Origin: Nitrosopumilus sp.
GTDB lineage: Archaea > Thermoproteota > Nitrososphaeria > Nitrososphaerales > Nitrosopumilaceae
Assembly: GCA_965238275.1 (NCBI GenBank)
Contig: OZ250186.1
Coordinates: 448,001 to 512,000, forward strand
DNA: 64,000 nt
Direction of reading: 5' to 3'
The position numbers and the translations under genes are program-made. Positions within the stretch are counted from its first letter, which is position 1, and every line of letters begins with the position of its first letter. The notes beneath the pieces are model-generated. The model saw only the letters and a list, made by a program, of their open reading frames with translations. It was not told where the DNA came from and made no database searches. Below are positions 30,922 to 40,656 of this stretch, one piece after another.

Positions 30922-31254
30922 ATGGGTAATTCTAGGGATAAAGCTAGGGATTGGCTTCGCTGACATCCTCATTTATACGCATTCTATAACCAAGCTAGAC
31001 TTCGAAAAATTACCTCGAGTTTGAGGGGATTGCCTGATTTTGTTATTATCGGTGCACAGAAATTCGGAACTACGCTGTATGACTTTGTTATCTGGTATCC
31101 AGAGATTGCTCCTGCCTTGAAAAAAGAGATAGATTATTTTTCTATAAAATATAAGTTTGGCGAACAATGGTATCGTTCTAATTTTCCAACCAATTTGTCA
31201 AGACGTTACTTTACAAAAAAACAGGGCGGAAGCTTCTCAGCGGGGAAGCCAGCC
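30922..31254 (+). pseudogene. Second sulfotransferase copy (nonsense, altered PSB loop, truncated)
   Basis: Highly similar to the 24779 gene; TGA at 30961; GAQKFGTTLY instead of GAQKSGTTSLY; ends near the GEAS motif. Confidence 0.88.
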
Positions 31255-31312
31255 AGAGGGTTCTGTAACGTTATCGGGAGCTGGAATATGGATCTTCTCT
31301 GGGGTGATCTAG

Positions 31313-32398
31313 TTAGTTGCAGACAGATTTCACAAAATCCAAGAATGATTTCTGAAACATGGAAGCATCATACCGTTCCACATGCTTTTGCAGGAAAGGC
31401 AGATGGTGATCATATTCCCCTGCAATGGCCTTCTCAACCTTCTCCCGCATCGCGTTCAAATCATTGGGCACGTACCGCAAATCTGACACCGGCACCGTTT
31501 CTTTGGTTCCGCCAGCGTCAGGCACGACCGGCACGCATCCTGCCGCCATTGCTTCTACTACCGATATGCCAAAATCCTCGATCATTGCGTGCAAGTACAC
31601 CTTGGTGCCACGTAATCTGTCACTCATTTCCTTGATTGACACGTTTGGTACTAACTGCACGCTCGGATACTTTGCCCGTAGCATGTCACGGTGTGCCCGT
31701 TCTTTGGAATCACGCATTTGTCCCATGATGGTGTATGGCGACCCTAAGCGCGTCATGACATCGCATGCAAGTCCATATTGCTTGCGTTTGCCAAACGTTC
31801 CAACGCTGGCAACGCCGGATCTCTCTGTTTGATCCTTGGCCTTGAATTTCCCTATGTCAACGCCTGGATACATCACTGTTGATTCACGACCCGTATCCTC
31901 GCGTACCACGCCAGCCGTGTATTGGGAATTTGTAATGACATGGACGTTTTTATCCTCCCTTATGCGCCGTCGCATCTTTTGCATTCGTCTCTCAAACATG
32001 CCGTAATACGGTTTGCGGACTCCCGCACCCGAGGAACGAACTCCGTACCCATATCCGAAATGGTTGTAGAGAATCACGGGTTTCTTTGTATCGGGAATGC
32101 CAATCAAAGAATCCGGGTATAACAGCACGTCACAATCATGAGCCAATTTGCCCACTCTCACACCGCTGCACCATTGCAATACCTGCAGGCGGCCTAGATT
32201 AAACGGAAGAACTGATCTGCTCTTTCCAATGACGTTGCCCTGTTTGGCGAACGTGCACGTGATTACCTCGTGTTTTCCATTCAGGGCTTTTCTCATGTCG
32301 CTTATGACATGATGCATCCCGCCCCCTGTCGTCACTAGATACAATATCATGCCAATACGTAATCTGTCCACCAACAGGGTATGACCTTGCCATGCCAT
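31313..32398 (-). CDS. GT4 (GT-B) glycosyltransferase
   Basis: TNSQYTA, YPGVD, EDFGISVVEAMAAG (EX7E). Confidence 0.9.
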   Translation of the reverse strand: MAWQGHTLLVDRLRIGMILYLVTTGGGMHHVISDMRKALNGKHEVITCTFAKQGNVIGKSRSVLPFNLGRLQVLQWCSGVRVGKLAHDCDVLLYPDSLIGIPDTKKPVILYNHFGYGYGVRSSGAGVRKPYYGMFERRMQKMRRRIREDKNVHVITNSQYTAGVVREDTGRESTVMYPGVDIGKFKAKDQTERSGVASVGTFGKRKQYGLACDVMTRLGSPYTIMGQMRDSKERAHRDMLRAKYPSVQLVPNVSIKEMSDRLRGTKVYLHAMIEDFGISVVEAMAAGCVPVVPDAGGTKETVPVSDLRYVPNDLNAMREKVEKAIAGEYDHHLPFLQKHVERYDASMFQKSFLDFVKSVCN

Positions 32399-32429
32399 AT
32401 TTTAATCACATCTTGTCATACTTTGCCTT

Positions 32430-32573
32430 GTGAAGCACAAGATAACCATGTCCATTGAGGCCGACGTAATAAACTGGATCGATTTCCAGATTGAGACAGG
32501 CAGGTTCCGCAACAGGAGTCATGGTTTTGAGCTGCGTACCCTATGTGTCCAATGTGGTTTGATGTTGTTTTAG
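32430..32573 (+). CDS. Small ribbon-helix-helix (CopG-like) regulator, possibly with a degenerate C-terminus
   Basis: VKHKITMSIEADVINWIDFQIETGRFRNRSHGFE fits the RHH strand-helix-NRS pattern; below the ORF-track cutoff. Confidence 0.6.
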   Translation: MKHKITMSIEADVINWIDFQIETGRFRNRSHGFELRTLCVQCGLMLF

Positions 32574-32607
32574 GTGGTGGTCAATTGTTCACTATAGATA
32601 TATTTTT

Positions 32608-33939
32608 TCACATACGACTTTGTCCTATTGCCATGAAATTGACTCCTTCAAGTTTCACACCAAAAACCCTTCTAGCGTCTATGATGTTGCAGGTTCTCAT
32701 CGTTTTTATAAAGTCATTGGAGGTCAAATTTTTATATTCGTCCCATTCTGTTAAGATCACACAACAGTCAGAATCCATAAGAGAATTGTTCAGAGATCTA
32801 AAATATGAAATCTTTGTACCAAAAACTTCTTTAAAGTTTTTCAACGCCATGGGATCATGAACTCTAATTTTTAGATTATGTCTCAACATTTCTGTTACTA
32901 TCTTAATAGATGCTGCTCCTCTTATGTCATCAGTATTTTTCTTAAACGCAAGTCCAAGGACGGTAACCGTGTTGTCTTTATTCAAAACATTCTGCTCTTT
33001 CATCAATTCTATTATTTTAAAAAATTGTTGGTCGTTTATTTCTTTTACTGCTTTGAAAAAACTGGGGGTTTTTCCAATTTTTTCTGAAAAATTAATTAGG
33101 CCCACCAGATCTTTGGGTAGACAACTCCCTCCAAACCCTGGACCCGCTTTTAAAAACAGCGGACCTATTCTAGAATCCTTTCCGATGGCATATGCCACAG
33201 AGTTCACATCTGACTCGGGTATGTTCTGGCACAGTGTTCCTATGAAGTTAATGAAACTAATTTTTGTAGCAAGAAATGCATTATTTGCATATTTTATTAA
33301 TTCTGCTGTTGAGGGATTTGTGTGAAGAATCTCCGGAAGAGTCTTGTAGAATTTTCTATAGTACTGTTCCAAGATATGTGAACTCGGTAGGTTATCTGAG
33401 CCGATCACAATCAAATGAGGTTTTAGCAAGTCATCCACAACACGTCCTTCCCTTAAAAATTCAGGATTAACAACCACATCCATCTTCTTATCTTTAATCA
33501 GATCCTCAAAGACGGGTAGAATCAGGGTTTTAGTGGTCATGGGGGGCAGCGTACTCTTTATCACTAATAGGTGAAACTCTTTTTTCTTCCTCAGCGAGTC
33601 TCTGATATTATGTATGGCTGTCTTGATATAGGACAGGTCTATCTTGTTGTTTTTTAGTGGTGTCCCGACAGTAAGAAAACTCACATCCGAGTTTTGTATG
33701 GCGTGATCAATATCTGTGGTAAACTGGATCTTTTGCTTTCGCATGGAATGGATCAGCATTGTATCTAGACGTGGTTCAAAAAAATCCATCTTGCCTTTTT
33801 TGAGATTGGTGATTTTCTCACGACTGATATCAACACCAATTGTCTTGAAGCCTTTTTTTGCATTAACAATGGCCAATGAAAGTCCTACAAAGCCCAGCCC
33901 TATGACCGAAATTTTGTTTTTTGTGCGTCCGCCCGTCAT
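32608..33939 (-). CDS. ugd: UDP-glucose 6-dehydrogenase
   Basis: GLGFVG, NPEFLREG, KYANNAFLATKISF, GFGGSCLPKD, AFKKNTDDIR. Confidence 0.92.
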   Translation of the reverse strand: MTGGRTKNKISVIGLGFVGLSLAIVNAKKGFKTIGVDISREKITNLKKGKMDFFEPRLDTMLIHSMRKQKIQFTTDIDHAIQNSDVSFLTVGTPLKNNKIDLSYIKTAIHNIRDSLRKKKEFHLLVIKSTLPPMTTKTLILPVFEDLIKDKKMDVVVNPEFLREGRVVDDLLKPHLIVIGSDNLPSSHILEQYYRKFYKTLPEILHTNPSTAELIKYANNAFLATKISFINFIGTLCQNIPESDVNSVAYAIGKDSRIGPLFLKAGPGFGGSCLPKDLVGLINFSEKIGKTPSFFKAVKEINDQQFFKIIELMKEQNVLNKDNTVTVLGLAFKKNTDDIRGAASIKIVTEMLRHNLKIRVHDPMALKNFKEVFGTKISYFRSLNNSLMDSDCCVILTEWDEYKNLTSNDFIKTMRTCNIIDARRVFGVKLEGVNFMAIGQSRM

Positions 33940-34781
33940 AATTCATTGTTGGCTTTTAAATACTTAAAGGATTCATTAATGCATTGAATGTATTTTTCAG
34001 GAATACCAACATCCAATCTTTTCTCTCCGGGTTTTAATTCCACAGCAAAGCATTTGCCGTCTGCAATTAGGGATTGGATTGCGTCGGTTAGTTGAACTTC
34101 ACCCTTTTTATCCGGTCTCGTTCTCTCCAATTTCTCAAAGATCGATGGTTTGAAGATGTATGCGGCAATGACTGCTAGGTTTGTTTGTGGCTGCTCTGGC
34201 TTTTCTTCCAATGCATCTACACGGATAATCCCTGTTCCGATTCTTTGTCCCTCAACCACCCCGTAGGATGTTGGATCTTTTACTTTGTCCACCAGAAACA
34301 CAAGGTCTGCATCGTATGAAAAGAATGCATCCTCCAGCCTTCGAATATGGTCATTATTTGTAGATAGGATTACATCATCTCCGGCATGAAGCAAAAATGG
34401 CTCCTCTGAAAACAGCTTTGCCTTTAGTACGGCATCTCCGAATCCCTTTGGTGCTGGCTGCTGGACGTATGATATGTGGCTTGTCTGTATTTTTTTGTAA
34501 AAGTCCTGCAGATCATTGTTTCCAGAGTACCTGTCAGACCCATCTATTAGAAAATAGTCCTCAATGGATCTCTTTCCACGCCCTACAACAAAACAAAACT
34601 CCCGATATCCGCAATCATATAGTGATTCGTATATTATTTCAAGAATGGGTTTAAGAATAACGTTGCCATCTTTTGATTGTGCACATACTGGCAGCATTTC
34701 TTTTGGTGTTTCCTTGCTAAACGGCAACATCCTAGTTCCAAGTCCAGCAGCTGTAATAACGACTTTTTTTATTCTTCCCAA
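33936..34781 (-). CDS. galU: UTP--glucose-1-phosphate uridylyltransferase-like nucleotidyltransferase
   Basis: AAGLGTRMLPFSKETPKEMLPV, PKGFGDAV, EKP, EVQLTDAI. Confidence 0.85.
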   Translation of the reverse strand: MGRIKKVVITAAGLGTRMLPFSKETPKEMLPVCAQSKDGNVILKPILEIIYESLYDCGYREFCFVVGRGKRSIEDYFLIDGSDRYSGNNDLQDFYKKIQTSHISYVQQPAPKGFGDAVLKAKLFSEEPFLLHAGDDVILSTNNDHIRRLEDAFFSYDADLVFLVDKVKDPTSYGVVEGQRIGTGIIRVDALEEKPEQPQTNLAVIAAYIFKPSIFEKLERTRPDKKGEVQLTDAIQSLIADGKCFAVELKPGEKRLDVGIPEKYIQCINESFKYLKANNEL

Positions 34782-35251
34782 TTTTTCATATACACTAAAT
34801 TCTATTTATAACTGCTTTTGTTGTCTCAGTGATACTTGTTTTGACTTAATGTGCACTTCAAAAAATCTCTAATTTATCTGCCGGAATACACCAGCAGAAC
34901 ATGTCTCAGGCAGATGTGCTCAAAAACGATTTTGGTGGTAAGAGGTCGCCTTTGCGAAGCGATTCCGTGCCTGATCTGCCCCGATTAATTACCAACTGAG
35001 CTACGTTTTCGGCTGTAAATGCCCATTTAATTGGCATTATTCTGGGTTTTTTCCGGGCGGGGAGGAGGGTCCGGCCGAGCTATGTTTTGGCCGATCCGGT
35101 GATCGGGTTTGCGAAGTGGCCTTTTTTGGCGCGGCCGGGGCGCTGAGTTGTGCCGGGATCGGGTGACAGCCGGTACGGCAGCCTGACATGCGCCAGACTG
35201 CCGGCGCGACGGGTCTGCGTGGGGCAGTCAGGATGGCGGGTTTTGCAGGAT

Positions 35252-37051
35252 TTATGCGACTGTTGCTGCTGCTGCCGGAATTTTTTCGACGAGGCCGTGC
35301 ATATAGTCGACCAAAAAGTCGTGCGGGTTGACTCCGCGCCTCCTGCACGTCTCGCGGACGGTGGCCAGGACGGCGTGGTTGTATGCGCCGGCAAGGCTCT
35401 TGCTGCCGCCTGAGACCTTCCGGGATGCGACGCTGGGCCGCAGGGGACGCTCGGCATCGTTGTTATGGCACTTTGTGTTGAGGCGGATGAATGGGAACAG
35501 GTGGGTGATCTCGCGCCGCAGCCGCTTGACAAACCTCTTGCAGTGGGCGTCTGTGTAGCTGCCCGAGATCAGGCGCCTCACCCGGGCCTGGAGGTTGCGC
35601 ACCTTGAGGTTTCGCGCGGCCTTGTCGTCGTCCGGGTCAAGCCCCTTGTCCGGGTACCATGAATCGATGATTATCCCCTTCAGGGCCTTGGCAAACTTTT
35701 TGAATTCGGGTCCGGGGGATTTCATGGTCAGGGTGCGGAGGATCTCGCGGAGGTAGTGGTAGTGGCACTTTTGGTGGGTCTTGCCGATGCGGTTCCACGG
35801 GGCGTGGGAGTCGGAGGTGACGTGGCCGCCGTACCCTCCAAGCAGCGACACCAGGACGTCGCCTCCCCGGCTCTTGTCCACGTGAAAGACAGTCGAGTCG
35901 TCACCTACCAGCACCCACAGCCAGTACAGTATCCCGGCTATCTTCCAGCTCGTCTCGTCGCCAAAGACATGCTCTGAGAAGAATATCTCCCCGAGCATCT
36001 CCTCGTAGAGGGGGTGGAGGGATCCCGTAACGGCGTCCACGTGGCTGATGACTGTCGACTTGGCAAGGCCTGCGTGGTGGATTATGTTGATCAGACTGCA
36101 GATGATGCCGTAGGGGATGCCGTGCATCCTCATGGTAGTCTCCAGGCACGTCAGGCTGGCACCGAACCGCCCCCCTGGGACGACCCCGGGGATCTCGGGG
36201 GCAAACTGCCTGCCGCATTCCCTGCAGTACCTGCGGACGACTGTATATTGGATGGCAGTCAGTTTCCCGTCGATGATCTCCTCGACTACCCGGAAGGTCA
36301 CCTCGGTGGGCCCCGTCGAGAGGGCGTGGCCGTGCGGGCAGGAGTGCAGGTCGACTAACCTCTTTTCAGATATCGGGGGAGGGTTCCGGCCGGTGCGCAG
36401 GCAGACGACCTTCCTGAACGGGTCCGGCGCAGGCCCGGGCGACTCCCGGAGCCGCCTCTTGGAGCGGCGGCTTTTGATGTCCAGGTTCTCTGCTGCCAGC
36501 GCCGAGTTGGCCGCGCGCGCCTCCCTTAGCTGCGAGGCATGCTCGGCTGCCTGCCGTTCCAGGCGGGCTATCCTGTCCATGACTGCCTGCGAGACGTCGC
36601 ATCCCTGCAGGAGGGCGGCGTTTTCTGCCCTCAGCTTCTCTACCTCTGCACTCAAATTCTCCACATCTGTTCCCAGATTCTCTATCTCGGAGTCCTTTTG
36701 TTCTATCTCGGAGTCCTTTTGTTCTATCTCGGAGTCCTTTTGTTCTATCTCGGAGTCCTTTTGTTCTATCTCGGAGTCCTTTTGCACGTTCTCTTCTTCC
36801 AACAGTTTGATCCTGGTATCCATCTCCGTCAGCATCGCGCGTTCCCCTGAGAAGGCCTCTGCCTCCTCCCTCAACTGCTCGATGTTTTTCCTCAGCGCCA
36901 CGCTCTCCTCGTCCCGGGATTTGAGCATGGCAAGGACGGATTCGAAGATGGACTTTGTGTCGGTTACGGAGTTCCAGTCAATCTTTTCCAAGTCGATTAC
37001 AGGCACCATGCCACAACACTGGAAGGCATGATCCATAAAGCTTTTGGACAC
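35252..37051 (-). CDS. IS66-family transposase with extended coiled coil
   Basis: FGDETSW, YWLW, SRGGDV, TSDSH, HQKCHYHYLRE, NNDAERPLR. Confidence 0.92.
   Translation of the reverse strand: MSKSFMDHAFQCCGMVPVIDLEKIDWNSVTDTKSIFESVLAMLKSRDEESVALRKNIEQLREEAEAFSGERAMLTEMDTRIKLLEEENVQKDSEIEQKDSEIEQKDSEIEQKDSEIEQKDSEIENLGTDVENLSAEVEKLRAENAALLQGCDVSQAVMDRIARLERQAAEHASQLREARAANSALAAENLDIKSRRSKRRLRESPGPAPDPFRKVVCLRTGRNPPPISEKRLVDLHSCPHGHALSTGPTEVTFRVVEEIIDGKLTAIQYTVVRRYCRECGRQFAPEIPGVVPGGRFGASLTCLETTMRMHGIPYGIICSLINIIHHAGLAKSTVISHVDAVTGSLHPLYEEMLGEIFFSEHVFGDETSWKIAGILYWLWVLVGDDSTVFHVDKSRGGDVLVSLLGGYGGHVTSDSHAPWNRIGKTHQKCHYHYLREILRTLTMKSPGPEFKKFAKALKGIIIDSWYPDKGLDPDDDKAARNLKVRNLQARVRRLISGSYTDAHCKRFVKRLRREITHLFPFIRLNTKCHNNDAERPLRPSVASRKVSGGSKSLAGAYNHAVLATVRETCRRRGVNPHDFLVDYMHGLVEKIPAAAATVA
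36681..36784. repeat. 21-bp tandem repeat x5 (QKDSEIE heptads)
   Basis: tctatctcggagtccttttg(t) units at 36681, 36702, 36723, 36744, 36765. Confidence 0.95.
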
Positions 37052-37520
37052 GCAGCGTCTGCCGGGAAATGCGGCGCAAAAGATCCGGCAGGTGAGCCTT
37101 GATTTGAAAACTGTCCTGCCTGCGGACCGTACTGATAACGTGCAATTAAATCGGGTATTTATGGTCGAAAACGTAGCTCAGTTGGTAATTAATCGGGGCA
37201 AATCAGGCACGGAATCGCTTCGCAAAGGCGACCTCTTACTTTTGGTGTCACATGAATTGTGGACACAAAAGACCAAAACGAATCCCGGATGAATCCCGAC
37301 AGAGATATCCCAAAACTGATTGAAAGCGCAACAAACACAACACAATTCATGGAGATAATCACATGTGCCGACAGTGGATGTTATGGTACGCACACTGTCA
37401 GGTGTAGAGTCTAGTATGGCCGACGGGTGTGACATTGTGTTAGATGGATATCAGGGCATGCCCACCTAGCACCACGTGTATGGTAGATTAATTGATATGA
37501 CCTACGAACGGATATTTTAT

Positions 37521-38342
37521 ATGAAATGGAACGCGTTCATGATTGCCCACAACGAGGAAAAATTCATAGAACAAACAATACATAGCATCAAAAACCAAAC
37601 AATCCCGCCGGAGAAGATATACGTTGTTGATGATGGTTCGACTGACTCTACTGGCAGGATACTTGATGCCATGCCGGATTTGATAGTGGGGCATTTCCCG
37701 CCGCACCCGCCAAATCTTGCAAGTGACGATTTCTGGGATAAGCGGAATGCCCTGATGAAGGATGGCTCACGCAACGCAGACTACATGCTTTCAATGGACG
37801 GAGACATCATACTCCCGGATGACTATATTGAGTGCATCACCAAACGCATGAAGGAAGATGATGTCAAGGTATCTAGTGGCCTTGATCCTGATGCGCTACG
37901 ATTGATACCTCCTGAGCCTGGTCTCGTGGTGGATGTGTCATGGTTTTTAAAATCCGCCGCATTGCTGCCTTCGGTCATACTGGCGATACATTCGTTGCTG
38001 GACGGATACCGCACAGGCATATACCACGACATCAGGCTGACTTCCCAACGGAAAACTGGCGCAAACTATAATGCCGAGTTGTACCATTATCGCGGGGTGG
38101 TATGCCACAGGTACGGCTACTCACTCCTACATGCAGTTGAACGATCCGTACACTACAAAACCATGGAATTTCTCAAAGGCTACATCACGTGGGGGAAAGA
38201 AAAGGCACAACCCGCGTCCGTCAGGCGGTGGATCAAGGAATGGGAGCGTGACAGGATTCGGGCCAGATTTGGACTAAAGCCGAGACTGGTGCAAAAAATC
38301 GATGATGCGGTTTACATAATTCCCACCATCGGGTGGGAGTAG
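37521..38342 (+). CDS. GT2 glycosyltransferase (paralog)
   Basis: MKWNAF..AHNEEKFI, DDGSTDST, MDGD; shares PPHPP and PPEPGLVV with the 23527 gene. Confidence 0.88.
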   Translation: MKWNAFMIAHNEEKFIEQTIHSIKNQTIPPEKIYVVDDGSTDSTGRILDAMPDLIVGHFPPHPPNLASDDFWDKRNALMKDGSRNADYMLSMDGDIILPDDYIECITKRMKEDDVKVSSGLDPDALRLIPPEPGLVVDVSWFLKSAALLPSVILAIHSLLDGYRTGIYHDIRLTSQRKTGANYNAELYHYRGVVCHRYGYSLLHAVERSVHYKTMEFLKGYITWGKEKAQPASVRRWIKEWERDRIRARFGLKPRLVQKIDDAVYIIPTIGWE

Positions 38343-38514
38343 GAGCATGACAGATACGTGGTGTTTCACCGGGATATGTGGTGAAAAACCCAGAGACGTT
38401 ATTTACAATTAGGCCGGTAGCAAATGGATCCGGCACATGCCCGTTGCCGACACGATATCGTATGTGGGATCCTTGCGCCGGGCGGTCTTGCCAGCCTGCA
38501 GGCGCACTGGCAGA

Positions 38515-40017
38515 TTACGTCCTAGTGCCGCTGCGTCTGGAGATCTCTGACAGTACCAGTCGGAACAGCTTCCTGGTCTTGTAGTCTATTGCGTATGTGA
38601 TGCCAAGGTATGCCACACAGCACAATGCCAGCTCCAGCAGCAGGCCCGGCACGTACGAGTAGATACTCGTCTCGAACCTAACTATGTGCTCGTTTGTGAG
38701 CATGAAGATGGCCACAATGCCAGCGCCTCCGGCCAGATGCCTGAGGATTGCAGTAAATGGCACGCGGAACGGCGCGTGCCTCCTGACAAGCAGGCCATAG
38801 CAGACAACAAAGGGAACAGAGACGGCAAGAAATATCGAAGACCAGACTGCAACCAGATCCAGATCGGACATGCCACTGAAGACATGCAGGGACACGGCCA
38901 ACGCGGCAAGGTAGAGCACGCGGTGAACGTTCGATATGGTTCCGACCAGAAAGAGCCTGCTATGCAACAGGGCAGATGCGCGCGGCATCTCGTCTGCGTC
39001 TACCGTGTCGGTACCAGTCAGCACCTTCCGGAAGAAGCCGATCAATACATGCACAAGAGAGTTGAGCGCAAGCAACACGGCGGCAATCCACGCCCCGGCG
39101 TATTCGGGGTTCAGCAGGAACATCGCGTGCCTGGAGAAGAGGACGGCCACGACCAGAAGGGGTATGGCAAAGTACATCACCCATGTAAAATTCTCAGAGA
39201 TGTGGTTCCGGCTTCCCTCTGCCAGCAGCTTCGGGTACAGTGCCTGCGAGATGTGACCCGCACGACCCACGATTCCTGCCACTGCCGCAGCTGCCGCATA
39301 GTACGCGACTCCCACGACGGAGCCCACCATTATGACGTATATGATGACGTCCAGGTTTGACAGTACTTGAGGCATGCGGCCATACAGCGGAATCCAGGAC
39401 TGCCTGATCCATCCCCTCAGGTATGAAAAGTCAAGGAGGACTGCAAGTTTCGGTCTGGCGTAGCGCATCTGGATGGCTATATCCACCAGATATGCTGCAA
39501 AGACTGCAAGGATGGCCCCGTCCAGGCCCAGTCCGAGGAAAAAGACCAGCCCCAGCCCTGCAGGTATCTTTACGGATTGGAAGACTGCCATCCCGATGCT
39601 GACTGCGTGTGGCTTGTGGCCCAGGTTGAGGGCCGATAGCGTGCCACGCACGAATGTTACCGGGATTAGGATTGCTCCCAGTATCATGGAGTCAAGGAAT
39701 GCCGTCTCGACGTTGGCAAAGAGGAGCACGGAAACGACGTATATGGGGATGGAGCCGCCTGCAAAGAGTGAGGTGGATGCCATGGATGTCTTTCCTACCG
39801 GCTTTCCCCTTGCGACTTGCCTCGTGGCCCAGTAGGATGTTATCGGCTCGGCAGTGGAGGAATATGCCACCATACTGCCTATGACTGCCCAGACCCCAAA
39901 TTCCTCAGGCGTCAGCTGACGGGTTACTATGATGATGAATGCCAGACCGGCCAGAATGCCGCCCATCGCAACGGCGAACCCGAGCAGGCCAGAGTATGTG
40001 ACCCGTATGCTGTCCAA
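38515..40017 (-). CDS. Polysaccharide/oligosaccharide flippase (Wzx/MATE-like)
   Basis: ~12-14 TM, TRQLTPEEFGVW, VAYYAAA...QALYPKL. Confidence 0.8.
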   Translation of the reverse strand: MDSIRVTYSGLLGFAVAMGGILAGLAFIIIVTRQLTPEEFGVWAVIGSMVAYSSTAEPITSYWATRQVARGKPVGKTSMASTSLFAGGSIPIYVVSVLLFANVETAFLDSMILGAILIPVTFVRGTLSALNLGHKPHAVSIGMAVFQSVKIPAGLGLVFFLGLGLDGAILAVFAAYLVDIAIQMRYARPKLAVLLDFSYLRGWIRQSWIPLYGRMPQVLSNLDVIIYVIMVGSVVGVAYYAAAAAVAGIVGRAGHISQALYPKLLAEGSRNHISENFTWVMYFAIPLLVVAVLFSRHAMFLLNPEYAGAWIAAVLLALNSLVHVLIGFFRKVLTGTDTVDADEMPRASALLHSRLFLVGTISNVHRVLYLAALAVSLHVFSGMSDLDLVAVWSSIFLAVSVPFVVCYGLLVRRHAPFRVPFTAILRHLAGGAGIVAIFMLTNEHIVRFETSIYSYVPGLLLELALCCVAYLGITYAIDYKTRKLFRLVLSEISRRSGTRT

Positions 40018-40214
40018 TTTATTCTAGTGATACAACACCATTAATAACGTGATCACATGACATCCGGGTATGCGCACGGTGCTATAATTCCGCAGCACGC
40101 ATGCTGTATAATCCCCCACAGCCGTTACATGAATCTAAGATGTTCTGGCATCAACCATCATGACACGCGACTTCTTTTCATTATCTGGCGGTTTGAATAT
40201 GTCTCAGTTAGAAT

Positions 40215-40465
40215 TCGTAACGAGTTTCTCTGACAGTGAGTGAAAACATTTCCATCTTGTTGCAGGTGCGCGCAACCGGTATGAGCACCGAAAAGACATG
40301 CATTCCTTCAGACACGGACAGTTTTTGGCGTACATTCCTGTGCAGTACGACCGTGTCGCACATGCCCAGATCTGCAGGGTTGTTGTGGGGTAGCATGCCA
40401 GAACATCGTAAAAACGTAAACAGGTTGGGAGCAGCACTCTTGATTGCAGTTCCGACAGCACTCAA
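40215..40465 (-). pseudogene. IS66 transposase C-terminal relic
   Basis: AAPNLFTFL..GMLPHNN..DTVVLHRNVRQKLS..EG..VFSVLI.VARTC aligns with the end of the 5314 transposase. Confidence 0.85.
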
Positions 40466-40656
40466 CTGATAGGTCTCAGAAACCGTAATCGCCTAGAGGC
40501 CAGCATTTCACACATGCGGGAGGCGCATTTGCAGGACGATGTTCCTGTCATGGCGCCTACGTTTCTTCTGACAGTCTCCTGCCGCCTGTCCGGAATCCAA
40601 CAGGTTCATGCCTCTGAATCCAATGATCATCCCACGCGGAATATGGTGGATGCGTC

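Larger units (their letters stand above)
34938..37239 (-). mobile_element. IS66-family element with very long TIRs
   Basis: TIR GTAAGAGGTCGCC... ~74 bp with one mismatch, imperfect to ~100 bp; 8-bp TSD TTTTGGTG (34930-37, 37240-47). Confidence 0.95.

Noticed and set aside
31021-31635. Intact 204-aa sulfotransferase
   Set aside because: Only the first ~75 aa are homologous; the rest is read-through antisense to the GT4 gene, with an upstream nonsense codon
36681-36784. CRISPR or non-coding repeat
   Set aside because: No spacers; in-frame heptad repeat inside a transposase
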